This document shows positions 10,208 to 19,458 of a stretch of DNA of 64,000 nt, in pieces. The stretch is from the IMG/VR virus record IMGVR_UViG_3300042870_001427, positions 100,147-164,146 of that record; one strand, written 5' to 3'. The stretch's first letter is position 1. Every line of letters begins with the position of its first letter. Both the position numbers and the translations under genes were made by a program. The notes under the pieces were generated by a model. The model worked only from the letters and a program-made list of their open reading frames with translations. It was not told where the DNA came from and did not search any database. The DNA is from a virus (Duplodnaviria; Heunggongvirae; Uroviricota; Caudoviricetes).

Positions 10208-12784
10208 ATGACAAGAGCAAGAAACGTATCAAACCCCCAGGCAATTGACATACCTTTAACGGTATCGGCCAATCTTACTGCCAACGCCGTCATTACTGTA
10301 GGCAACTCCTCTGTAAACTCTGTCATTTCGTCTAATACGTACAGTATAGGCTCAAACGTCAGTCTAAACACATCCAGGTTATTCTTAGGCAACAGCACAG
10401 TTAATTCGGTGCATACTGCGTCCACATTAGACGTTGGTGCCAATGTTAACCTGAGTACTGTGGGCCTGAACGTCGGCAGTAATACCGTCAACGCCTATAT
10501 TAATTCTACATCTTTCGCCATCGGTAACAGTACGGTTAATACCGCCATTACTTCTACCACTATTACCAGTACGGCTTTACTGTCTATAGGTAATACAAAC
10601 GTTACAGGTACTGCTAACGTAAGTACAGGTATTAACGTCGGAGCCAACGTTAATCTTAGCACCAGTCAGATTAATGTCGGTAACAGTACAGTTAATACAG
10701 TCATATCAGCTGCCTCTTTAACCACAACCTCAAACACTGTTTCATTAGGCACTGCAGCATATGTTGTTGCTAACGGTAATGTAGGTGTTAATACAAGTTC
10801 CCCAGGATCTAAATTAGATATTTTAAGGTCAAGCACAACTACTGCCGTTTTTGATGAATCCCTAATTCGTGCAATCAACACCGGTGCGGCTACACTTAAT
10901 CAGCGTGTTGACATTGGAATGCGCTTTCAAGATGGTACCTATAACGGTATAGGTGGCATTTCCATGATTCGAGAATCTGCTACAGCCCGTTCTGGTGGGT
11001 TATCATTCTCTTCAATAGGCAGCGATGGTAATCCTACTAACGCCATGCGCCTTGATTCCAGCGGTAACTTGGGTATTGGGACTACTTCGCCTTCTGCCAA
11101 CTATGGACGTCTTACCGTATCTGGGACAGGTATTACCATTACTGCAGATACTTCTGCAAAATTACAAATTGGCAGATATGGTGAAGGCGCACCATTTAGC
11201 TACATTAAGATGGGGTCAACATCGTCTGGATTAAAAATTACAGACCCTACAGATTCATATGATTTAATGACTATTACTTCTGCAGGTAACTTGGGTGTAG
11301 GAAACACAAGCCCCTCCTACAAACTTGAAGTTACGGGTACGGCGCATATAAGCAGTTATGCATATATTGATAGTTTAGTTTCTGGATACATTCCACATAC
11401 CGGGGTTATCGGGTGGGGGTATACTGTAGGCGGTTCTCAAACTATTGCAAAACTTAAATGGGGTAGTTATGGTCGTATACAGCATACAAGTTTTGGTAAT
11501 ATACCGTTCTTAAGTTTTAATGCAGAACTCTATGAATCAGATTTTACCGGTAGTGGGTCGGGTCAATCAAACCGTAATTATTTTAGACCAGATTATAATT
11601 TAGGTCAGTATGCTATCTTATCTCACGGTAATGGAGGAGTTGCTTTTAATGTTGGAAATTGGTCTAGCAATAATTCTATTAGTTTAAGCGCTTTTAGTGA
11701 CCATACCAGTTATGCCGGTGGCGTGCTGCCAACCGGTAATTGGGAGATTAAAAATAGCATTGGTATAGGAACTAATACCCCTGATGCAAAATTATCTATT
11801 ATATCTGAAGCCGGCGGCGGGCCTATGCTTCAGATACGTAACTTTAGTACAACTGCAACAGGTGCATTTTTAGGAACATACGCAGCAGAGTTAAGAACTG
11901 CATCAACTGGTGCAACTGTACATGGAGTTAGAATTCATTTAAATGAAGCTAATAATGATAGAAGAACTCTAGATGTAGCGGATTATAATGGTGTTTTTGC
12001 CACCTTTGTTAACGGTAACGTAGGAATTGGTACTGTCTATCCCAGTACAAAATTAACAGTTGCTAAAGTTATTGATTCAGCTGCATATGGTTCTGGTACA
12101 AGAATGATTGATTTCAAATCATTCTACCCAGGATATGACGTTGATACGGTTAAAGCCTCATTGTATGCCGGGGTAGATAATACAGGCACCTTAAATACTG
12201 CCTCAGGCTATTTTGCAATTCAAACATCGCTAGCTGGTACATTGTATGAGCGCTTGCGTATTAACTCTCTTGGTAACGTATTAATAGGTACTACTACCAC
12301 TACAGACGCTAACCAAGCATTGCTTGTTCTTCAGTCATCTTATCCTAAGACTCGCATGGAGATTCGGAATGACGGACAAACTGCAGGTCTATACGCTATA
12401 ACATTTTATAATGCTAATGGACTTATAGGGAACATTACCCCAGGAGGCTCTGGAACTGCATATAATACAACCTCTGATTACCGATTAAAACGTGATGTGC
12501 AACCAATGACAGGTGCACTTACAAAAATACTAGCCATTAAGCCTGTGACATATAAGTGGAAAGCAGACGGCTCTGACGGCCAAGGGTTTATTGCTCACGA
12601 ATTGGCTGAAGTTTGTCCTGATGCTGTGACAGGAGTAAAGGATGAAGTAAATGAAGACGGGGCAATCAAACCTCAAGGTGTTGACACTTCATTCTTGGTA
12701 GCTACATTGACAGCTGCCATCCAAGAACAACAAGCCCTCATCACCCAATTACAGGCAGAAGTTGCCGAACTGAAATCTAGATAA
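10208..12784 (+). CDS. Tail fibre protein, paralogue 4 (858 aa), with a C-terminal intramolecular-chaperone, self-cleaving (peptidase S74-like) domain.
   Basis: The C-terminus reads YRLKRDVQPMTGALTKILAIKPVTYKWKADGSDGQGFIAHELAEVCPDAV...IQEQQALITQLQAEVAELKSR, typical of the endosialidase/tail-fibre chaperone domain. The shared fibre module lies upstream. Confidence 0.75.
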   Translation: MTRARNVSNPQAIDIPLTVSANLTANAVITVGNSSVNSVISSNTYSIGSNVSLNTSRLFLGNSTVNSVHTASTLDVGANVNLSTVGLNVGSNTVNAYINSTSFAIGNSTVNTAITSTTITSTALLSIGNTNVTGTANVSTGINVGANVNLSTSQINVGNSTVNTVISAASLTTTSNTVSLGTAAYVVANGNVGVNTSSPGSKLDILRSSTTTAVFDESLIRAINTGAATLNQRVDIGMRFQDGTYNGIGGISMIRESATARSGGLSFSSIGSDGNPTNAMRLDSSGNLGIGTTSPSANYGRLTVSGTGITITADTSAKLQIGRYGEGAPFSYIKMGSTSSGLKITDPTDSYDLMTITSAGNLGVGNTSPSYKLEVTGTAHISSYAYIDSLVSGYIPHTGVIGWGYTVGGSQTIAKLKWGSYGRIQHTSFGNIPFLSFNAELYESDFTGSGSGQSNRNYFRPDYNLGQYAILSHGNGGVAFNVGNWSSNNSISLSAFSDHTSYAGGVLPTGNWEIKNSIGIGTNTPDAKLSIISEAGGGPMLQIRNFSTTATGAFLGTYAAELRTASTGATVHGVRIHLNEANNDRRTLDVADYNGVFATFVNGNVGIGTVYPSTKLTVAKVIDSAAYGSGTRMIDFKSFYPGYDVDTVKASLYAGVDNTGTLNTASGYFAIQTSLAGTLYERLRINSLGNVLIGTTTTTDANQALLVLQSSYPKTRMEIRNDGQTAGLYAITFYNANGLIGNITPGGSGTAYNTTSDYRLKRDVQPMTGALTKILAIKPVTYKWKADGSDGQGFIAHELAEVCPDAVTGVKDEVNEDGAIKPQGVDTSFLVATLTAAIQEQQALITQLQAEVAELKSR

Positions 12785-12823
12785 AAGGACATTGATAGTC
12801 CACCAACAACGATAAATAAAAAC

Positions 12824-14746
12824 ATGGCCTTAGACAAAGTACTATCATCTTCGATTGCAAACGGCGCCGTTACTGCCGCCCTAATTTCTAACACCGCCAA
12901 CTTGGTGGTTAGTTCACTAACGGCCAACGTAATCACGATCACCACCATCAGTGGGTCGGCCAACGTTACCGGTGATATGACTGTTGGTGGCAATCTTACT
13001 ATATCAGGCACCACCACATATGTCAACACCACCGATTTAAACATTGGTGATGCAATCATATCTTTGAATGCCGATTTAGCAGCCAATGTGGCACCTACTG
13101 AAAATGCCGGTTTAAATATTAACCGAGGTGCCAGCACAAACGCTCAATTTGTATGGGTAGAGTCTACCGATAATTGGTCTTTGGGTAATACCAGTATTGG
13201 TGGTACCTTAGCAACTACTTCTAATACAGTCACCCTAGGAACTGCTGCATACTTTGTAGCTAACGGTAATGTAGGAATGGGTACTGATTCACCAGCTTAT
13301 AGATTAGATGTTAATGGTGATTTAAAAGTTGTAAACGCTGTTCGTTATTTTGTTGGCGCCACTCAATATGGTGTTACATTTGCCAACGCAGGTGCAGTAG
13401 GAACTGAAGCATATCAAGGAACATATATTTATTGGGGCACCGGAGCTAGTACATCTGCAACAGAACGCATGCGCCTTGATGCTAGTGGTAACTTGGGATT
13501 GGGTGTTACGCCTAGTACCTCAACATCTAATTATCGAACTTTGCAAATTGGCGGTTCTGCAAAATTTAGTATTTTTGGGCAGCGAGTTGGTGGCGCTTGT
13601 GAAACCTTGGTTGGATGGAATATCTATGGCGGCAGTAATACCACAACTGTTGGTACAGGTTATTACTACACAAACACAGGCGATGCCGCAACTTTATACA
13701 CTCAGACCGATAATCATCGTTGGTGGATAGCTCCCTCAGGTACAGCAGGAGCAAACGTTGCCTTCACCCAAGCAATGACCCTTGATGCAAGCGGTAACTT
13801 AGTTGTTGGAAATTCTACTGCGTGGTCACGCTTTCATGTTACTAAGTCAGTAAACAACACTAATACGGCAGCTACTAATATTACAGATTATCAAAATGCC
13901 GCATTTATCCTGCATAATCAAGATGATGCGGGTACCGGTAATAAAGCAGGCATGTTTTTTGCCTTTGCAGGCTCACCCGGTCTGTTAGCAGGAATGGACG
14001 GATATAAGGTAAGTGGCACCTGGGATACAGGTCTTCGTTGGTATACTAATAATCAAACAGGTGGTAACACTGGCACGTTATATGAACGTATGCGTATTGC
14101 TCCCGATGGCAGGGTGGGTATTGGTGTTACCTCACCTACTTGGAAGCTAGAAGTTGAAGGAAACCAAGAATCGCTGGCGTCATTTAGACCAAGTTCTAAT
14201 ACCAGTGCTGGATATGCTCGATTTATCAATGGAGGTGGCACATTCTATATAGGGATAGATTCTTCTACTGGTGGTAGAATCTCTGGGTCCGGGCTTGCTT
14301 ATGCTGCCTCTATGACTACCGAGGGAAATACAGCACTGACGTTTGGTACTAATAATACTAACCGTATGACCATTGACACTACCGGTCAATTGCTGGTAGG
14401 GACTACAACATCTGCGGGTGCTGTATCCAATACCAAAAGAATAGTTGGTGGATCATTTAGTTCGTTTAATGGTGTATTAAATTCAGTAAGCAGTGGTGTC
14501 GCATACACATTGTTTACCATGACTGCTGACTTTACATCTTATATGGTTACAGTTTCTGCTTTAGTTTCTACTGCGGCTTATTCAGAAACTGCAATAGTCC
14601 ATTTAAACAATACCTCCGTAAATGTAATAGTAATTGCTGGGGGGTCTGCTATTGCAATCCAAAATACAGGTATGGCTGTACAAGTTGTGCAAAGTTCAGG
14701 TGCAACAGTATCAGAGTTATTATGGTCTGCAATGCGAATAACTTAA
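12824..14746 (+). CDS. Tail fibre protein, paralogue 5 (640 aa).
   Basis: It shares the N-terminal module (NVTGDMTVGGNLTISGTTTYVNTTDLNIGDAIISLNADLAANVAPTENAGLNINRGASTNAQF) with ORF 3828. It also has ERMRLDASGNLG repeats. Confidence 0.65.
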   Translation: MALDKVLSSSIANGAVTAALISNTANLVVSSLTANVITITTISGSANVTGDMTVGGNLTISGTTTYVNTTDLNIGDAIISLNADLAANVAPTENAGLNINRGASTNAQFVWVESTDNWSLGNTSIGGTLATTSNTVTLGTAAYFVANGNVGMGTDSPAYRLDVNGDLKVVNAVRYFVGATQYGVTFANAGAVGTEAYQGTYIYWGTGASTSATERMRLDASGNLGLGVTPSTSTSNYRTLQIGGSAKFSIFGQRVGGACETLVGWNIYGGSNTTTVGTGYYYTNTGDAATLYTQTDNHRWWIAPSGTAGANVAFTQAMTLDASGNLVVGNSTAWSRFHVTKSVNNTNTAATNITDYQNAAFILHNQDDAGTGNKAGMFFAFAGSPGLLAGMDGYKVSGTWDTGLRWYTNNQTGGNTGTLYERMRIAPDGRVGIGVTSPTWKLEVEGNQESLASFRPSSNTSAGYARFINGGGTFYIGIDSSTGGRISGSGLAYAASMTTEGNTALTFGTNNTNRMTIDTTGQLLVGTTTSAGAVSNTKRIVGGSFSSFNGVLNSVSSGVAYTLFTMTADFTSYMVTVSALVSTAAYSETAIVHLNNTSVNVIVIAGGSAIAIQNTGMAVQVVQSSGATVSELLWSAMRIT

Positions 14747-14815
14747 TTTATCCAAGAACAACAAGCCCTCATCACCCAACTCACCGCCCGTATAACCGCC
14801 TTAGAGGATGTATAA
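14747..14815 (+). pseudogene. Remnant of a chaperone-domain C-terminal coding segment lying just after the stop of fibre 5.
   Basis: Read-through after TAA translates FIQEQQALITQLTARITALEDV. Its nucleotides ATCCAAGAACAACAAGCCCTCATCACCCAA duplicate positions 12716-12748 of fibre 4. Confidence 0.45.
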
Positions 14816-14895
14816 TCTGTACAGTTGACCTTTAAACCGTAAATATATACAATATAAATATCGTGCTGTAAAGCATTTTTAACTTTGGAGAAACC

Positions 14896-15081
14896 ATGAC
14901 TACAGAAAAAACAGTTGATTTGAATGTAAGCGTAAGCGTACTGAACGTAATTTTGGCCGCATTGGACGAGATTCCACATAAGACCGCACGTCCTATTTTT
15001 GATAACTTAGTTGGCCAAGCCCAACCCCAGTTACAGCAAGCCGAAGGTGGTGCAACCCCTCCTGCCGATCCTGCCCAGTAA
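14896..15081 (+). CDS. Small hypothetical protein (61 aa).
   Basis: A GGAGAAA ribosome-binding site lies 6 nt upstream. A TATAAATA late-promoter-like box is at 14853-14860. Confidence 0.35.
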   Translation: MTTEKTVDLNVSVSVLNVILAALDEIPHKTARPIFDNLVGQAQPQLQQAEGGATPPADPAQ

Positions 15082-15114
15082 CGTTCTCATAAATATGGCC
15101 ATATAGGAGAAAAT

Positions 15115-15858
15115 ATGGCCGTTCCTACAACACGAAGCGAATTTAGAGAGTATTGCCTGCGTAAGTTAGGCAAGCCGGTAATTGAGGTGAATGTCGACGA
15201 TGATCAAGTAGATGATCGCGTAGATGAAGCTTTAAAATATTACTACGACTATCACTTTGATGGGTCGGAAAAGATTTACTATAAGCATGCCGTTACCGAA
15301 ACTGATAAAGTAAACAAATATATTACTCTACCGGAAAACATTATAGGTGCCGTTAGAGTGTTTTCTATTGCCGATCCGTCTATTCGTTCTGATGATCTGT
15401 TCAATATTCGCTACCAGATCGCATTAAACGATCTGTATACACTAACATCGGTCAGCATGGTACCATATTTTATGGTCATGCAGCAATTGGCAACCATCAC
15501 CGAAATGCTCGTTGGTAAACAGCCAATCAGATACAACCGTCACACCAACAAATGCTATATCGATATGGACTGGAATTCTATCCAGACCGGTGAATTTATG
15601 TTGATTGAGGCATATGAGGTCATTAATCCAGATGTCTATACCGATGCCTGGGGCGATCGTTGGTTACAGTCTTATGCCTCGGCTAAAATTAAATATCAAT
15701 GGGGTACCAATCTTACCAAATTCACTGGTATGACCTTACCCGGTGGTGTTCAATTTAATGGTGAAAAGATCCTAGATGATGCCAGACAGGAAATCGACAA
15801 ATTAGAGGCAGAGATGATTTCTAGCTACAGTTTACCAGTGGCCGACATGGTGGGCTAA
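15115..15858 (+). CDS. gp13: Neck protein gp13-like.
   Basis: Position and size match T4 synteny (wac-13-14-15-16-17-18-19-20). A late-promoter-like CATAAATA box lies upstream. Confidence 0.55.
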   Translation: MAVPTTRSEFREYCLRKLGKPVIEVNVDDDQVDDRVDEALKYYYDYHFDGSEKIYYKHAVTETDKVNKYITLPENIIGAVRVFSIADPSIRSDDLFNIRYQIALNDLYTLTSVSMVPYFMVMQQLATITEMLVGKQPIRYNRHTNKCYIDMDWNSIQTGEFMLIEAYEVINPDVYTDAWGDRWLQSYASAKIKYQWGTNLTKFTGMTLPGGVQFNGEKILDDARQEIDKLEAEMISSYSLPVADMVG

Positions 15859-15859
15859 T

Positions 15860-16594
15860 ATGTCAACATCAGTTTTCTTTAATAACTTTCAATCCAGTCA
15901 GGAACAACTCCTGATAGAAGATTTGGTGCTTGAAAGCATCCGAATCTATGGTATTGATTTGTACTATCTACCAAGAACAAGAACGGCCTTTGATTCACTG
16001 TATGGTGAAGATACCTTGTCGGTGTTCTCTAGATATTACTTCGTTGATATGTACGTTAAGAATGTAGATGGATTTGATGGTGATGGGGACTTTATTTCTA
16101 AATTTGGTTTAGAGATAAGAGATAGAATGACATTAACTATTTCACGTCGTGTATTTAACGACGAGATAGGTAACTTAGAAAACATTCAAAGACCGCAGGA
16201 AGGCGATTTAATATTCTTCCCACTGAACAATAAGATCTTTGAAATAAAGTTTGTTGAACATGAATCGGTATTCTATCAGATGGGTGCCTTACAGACTTAT
16301 GATCTTACCTGTGAATTATTTGAATACGGTAGTGAGAAATTCGATACCGGTATTACTAATATTGACAGTCTGTATACTAAGAACTATCTTACCGACCTTA
16401 ATTATTCTACCGCTATTACCGACTTCTCCATTAAGACCGAATACATCTATGATGAATATCTAACAGATGAAGAGGGTAGACGTCTGTTGATCGAACAGTA
16501 CTTGGAAGTTGGTGATAGTGAAATTATTCAAAGTGAGTCCGATGGTTTCATAGACTTTAGTGAACTCAATCCTTTCAGTGAGGGAGTTTACTAA
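15860..16594 (+). CDS. gp14: Neck protein gp14-like.
   Basis: Synteny and size (244 aa). Translationally coupled to its neighbours. Confidence 0.55.
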   Translation: MSTSVFFNNFQSSQEQLLIEDLVLESIRIYGIDLYYLPRTRTAFDSLYGEDTLSVFSRYYFVDMYVKNVDGFDGDGDFISKFGLEIRDRMTLTISRRVFNDEIGNLENIQRPQEGDLIFFPLNNKIFEIKFVEHESVFYQMGALQTYDLTCELFEYGSEKFDTGITNIDSLYTKNYLTDLNYSTAITDFSIKTEYIYDEYLTDEEGRRLLIEQYLEVGDSEIIQSESDGFIDFSELNPFSEGVY

Positions 16595-17409
16595 TGTTTG
16601 GCCAAACGTACTATCATAAGACACTAAGAAAATATGTGTCACTATTTGGTACTCTATTTAATGATATTTACATTAATAGAACCGATTTAGAAAACAATGA
16701 CATTCAGACCTTAAAGGTGCCTATTACCTACGGTCCAAAGAATAAGGGACTGGCAAGACTGACCAGTGATCCTAAACTCAACCGTCCATTTGAAGTGCAA
16801 TCGCCAGTTATTTCCTTTGAAATGACCGGCATGACTTATGCCTCCGATAGAAAATTAAATACTATAAGAAAACACAGTATTAAGGTAGATGCAGGTAATT
16901 CAGAAAAGGTACAATTTGCATATAACCCTGTACCCTATGATATTAATTTCTCACTCTACGTATATACCAAGTATGCCGAAGATGGTACAAGGGTATTAGA
17001 ACAGATTCTTCCTTACTTTACCCCAGACTGGACTGCTACCATTAATTTGATTCCAGAACTGGATATCAAAATGGATATACCAGTTATTATTCAAAGTGTT
17101 AATTCTGAGGATTCTTATGAGGGTGCAGTTGACGAGAGAAGAATTATAGTATGGACATTAAACTTCGTCATGAAGGGCTATATGTTTGGTCGCGTTCGTA
17201 CTTCCGAAATCATTACATTGGCCAATACCAATTTCTATTCCGATCTTACCGCAACTCCTACATATGATAATATTACCATCATGCCAGGGTTACTGGCTAA
17301 TGGTTCTCCTACCACCAATTCATCTCTTTCTATCGATAGAAAGCAAATTGTAGAGACCGATGACTGGGCGTATATCATAACCAAGGATACGATTGAGAAA
17401 AATGGATGA
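16594..17409 (+). CDS. gp15: Tail completion / sheath stabiliser gp15-like (271 aa).
   Basis: Size and position match T4 gp15 (272 aa), immediately upstream of the terminase genes. Confidence 0.6.
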   Translation: MFGQTYYHKTLRKYVSLFGTLFNDIYINRTDLENNDIQTLKVPITYGPKNKGLARLTSDPKLNRPFEVQSPVISFEMTGMTYASDRKLNTIRKHSIKVDAGNSEKVQFAYNPVPYDINFSLYVYTKYAEDGTRVLEQILPYFTPDWTATINLIPELDIKMDIPVIIQSVNSEDSYEGAVDERRIIVWTLNFVMKGYMFGRVRTSEIITLANTNFYSDLTATPTYDNITIMPGLLANGSPTTNSSLSIDRKQIVETDDWAYIITKDTIEKNG

Positions 17410-17776
17410 TGAAATTAGTAAAGCACTGGGGCTCACCCAAATAGAATTGCCCGTGGCAGAGGTGCAGGAAATCCCCCAGATTGATTCCGACTATGAATAT
17501 GCCCGTGGTAATATGATTTCGGCTATTGAAAAGGGTCAAGAGGCGTTGAGTGGTATTTTGGAAGTTGCAGGCATGTCCCAGCATCCAAGAAGCTATGAGG
17601 TGGTGGCCAAGTTACTTGACTCCGTTACTAATGCTAACGAAAAACTTCTTGAACTTACAAAGAAGAAGATGGATATATCAGGTGAAATAGGTCAACCAAA
17701 GACCATTAATAATAATCTATTCGTAGGAAGTACAGCCGAATTACAAAGGCTAATTAAGTCCAATGGCAACGTCTGA
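17393..17776 (+). CDS. gp16: Terminase small subunit gp16-like.
   Basis: SDYEYARGNMISAIEKGQEALSGILEVAGMSQHPRSYEVVAKLLDSVTNANEKLLELTKKKMDI aligns with T4 gp16 (…RRNMHFQQQ…[32 protein letters not shown]). Confidence 0.65.
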   Translation: MRKMDDEISKALGLTQIELPVAEVQEIPQIDSDYEYARGNMISAIEKGQEALSGILEVAGMSQHPRSYEVVAKLLDSVTNANEKLLELTKKKMDISGEIGQPKTINNNLFVGSTAELQRLIKSNGNV

Positions 17777-19388
17777 GAATTATCAAGGTAATAGAAACCT
17801 TAAGAAATCAAATGTAGCCATAGCATGGTCCCAGGATCAGGTACAAGAGTATCTTAAGTGTGCTCGTGATCCGATATACTTCATCACCACTTACATTAAG
17901 ATCGTCAACGTTGACCTAGGTCTTATTCCTTTTGGCATGTATGATTTCCAAAAGGAGATGGTAGATACTGCCGTCAATAATCGTTTCGTTATCTGTAAGA
18001 TGCCTCGACAAGTTGGTAAAACAACTACTATTGCAGCCTTATTACTTTGGTATGTACTATTTCATGAGAATTATTCTGTAGCCTTACTTGCCCATAAGGA
18101 GGCACAGGCCATAGAAATTTTATCTAGAGTACAACTGGCGTATGAACATCTTCCAAAGTGGCTTCAACAGGGTATTGTTGAATGGAATAAGAAATCGGTT
18201 GAATTAGAAAATGGTTCAACCATTATAGCCTCTGCCACCTCTTCTTCCGCCATTCGCGGTACATCTCAAAACCTGGTATACTTGGACGAATTTGCTTTCG
18301 TTCCTAACAACTTACAAGAGTCGTTCTTTGCCTCTGTTTATCCTACCATTTCTTCTGGTAAAACTACCAAAGTATTAATTACATCTACACCTAACGGCTT
18401 AAACCAATTCTATAGAATATGGGCTAATTCCGAAAGAGGACAAAACGATTATAAGAGAGTCGATGTTCATTGGAGTAAGGTACCGGGTAGAGACGAGAAA
18501 TGGAAAGAAGAAACCATTCGTAATACATCTGAAGAACAATTCAGAGTTGAATATGAATGTGAATTTATAGGTTCTACTGATACATTAATATCGGCGGCTA
18601 AATTAAGTCGACTGGTATATAACGATCCAATCAGACAGACCGAACATTTAAAGGTATATGAAGAGCCTGATAAGGATAAGATATACGCAATCACGGTAGA
18701 TACTGCGAGAGGGGGTGGAAATGATTATTCTGCCTTCCAGGTCATGGACATATCTAAATCACCGTACACCCAGGTTGCACGTTACCTTAACAATACTGTC
18801 CCGGTAATGCTGTATCCAACCATTATTTGTGAGACCGCAAAGTATTATAATCACGCCATTATATTAGTTGAAACTAACGACATCGGAGGCCAGATTGCCG
18901 ACATGTTGGCTTATGACTTAGAATACGAAGGTGTTTTAAAAACGATAAGCAATCATAATAACACTGTTGAGTTATCAGCAGGTTTCGCCCCAGGCTCCAA
19001 GCTAGGCATCCGCACCACAAAGTCTACCAAGAGGGTGGGCTGTATGAACCTGAAGAACTTGGTAGAGAGTGATAAAGTAATACTTAACGACTATGAGACG
19101 ATAGATGAGCTGATGAGATTCTCCTACAACGGTACCTCCTATGAGGCCGAGGAAGGACATGATGACTTAACTATGGGATTGGTCCTGTTTGCATGGCTTG
19201 CAACTCAGAATTATTTCAAAGAGATAAGTAATAGTGATGTTCGCCGCGATCTTTTCACAGAAAATCTAAAGCGTATTGAAGAAGAGATGCTGCCTTTTGG
19301 CATGATTGAAGATGGAAATTTACAGATTCCCTCAAGCAGGATGGAGGACTTGGAGCATATGTCCTTTGACAGATGGATGGCAAGTTAA
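17763..19388 (+). CDS. gp17: Terminase large subunit gp17-like (ATPase + nuclease).
   Basis: Walker A motif VICKMPRQVGKTT and Walker B motif LVYLDEFAF are present. Size is 541 aa, and it sits between gp16 and the tail sheath gene. Confidence 0.85.
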   Translation: MATSENYQGNRNLKKSNVAIAWSQDQVQEYLKCARDPIYFITTYIKIVNVDLGLIPFGMYDFQKEMVDTAVNNRFVICKMPRQVGKTTTIAALLLWYVLFHENYSVALLAHKEAQAIEILSRVQLAYEHLPKWLQQGIVEWNKKSVELENGSTIIASATSSSAIRGTSQNLVYLDEFAFVPNNLQESFFASVYPTISSGKTTKVLITSTPNGLNQFYRIWANSERGQNDYKRVDVHWSKVPGRDEKWKEETIRNTSEEQFRVEYECEFIGSTDTLISAAKLSRLVYNDPIRQTEHLKVYEEPDKDKIYAITVDTARGGGNDYSAFQVMDISKSPYTQVARYLNNTVPVMLYPTIICETAKYYNHAIILVETNDIGGQIADMLAYDLEYEGVLKTISNHNNTVELSAGFAPGSKLGIRTTKSTKRVGCMNLKNLVESDKVILNDYETIDELMRFSYNGTSYEAEEGHDDLTMGLVLFAWLATQNYFKEISNSDVRRDLFTENLKRIEEEMLPFGMIEDGNLQIPSSRMEDLEHMSFDRWMAS

Positions 19389-19403
19389 CGACTTCTCTGA
19401 TTT

Positions 19404-19411
19404 TATAAATA
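19404..19411 (+). promoter_or_regulatory. T4-type late promoter box TATAAATA upstream of the sheath gene.
   Basis: An exact TATAAATA lies about 48 nt upstream of ATG 19459. The late sigma factor gp55 is encoded in this window. Confidence 0.45.
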
Positions 19412-19458
19412 AATTTAAGTTTCTTAGTTATAAATACAACCTCTGAAGGGAGATTCAT

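Noticed and set aside
12673-13137. Minus-strand 154-aa ORF overlapping the fibre 4/5 junction.
   Set aside because: It is antisense to two confidently coding fibre genes and has no ribosome-binding site.
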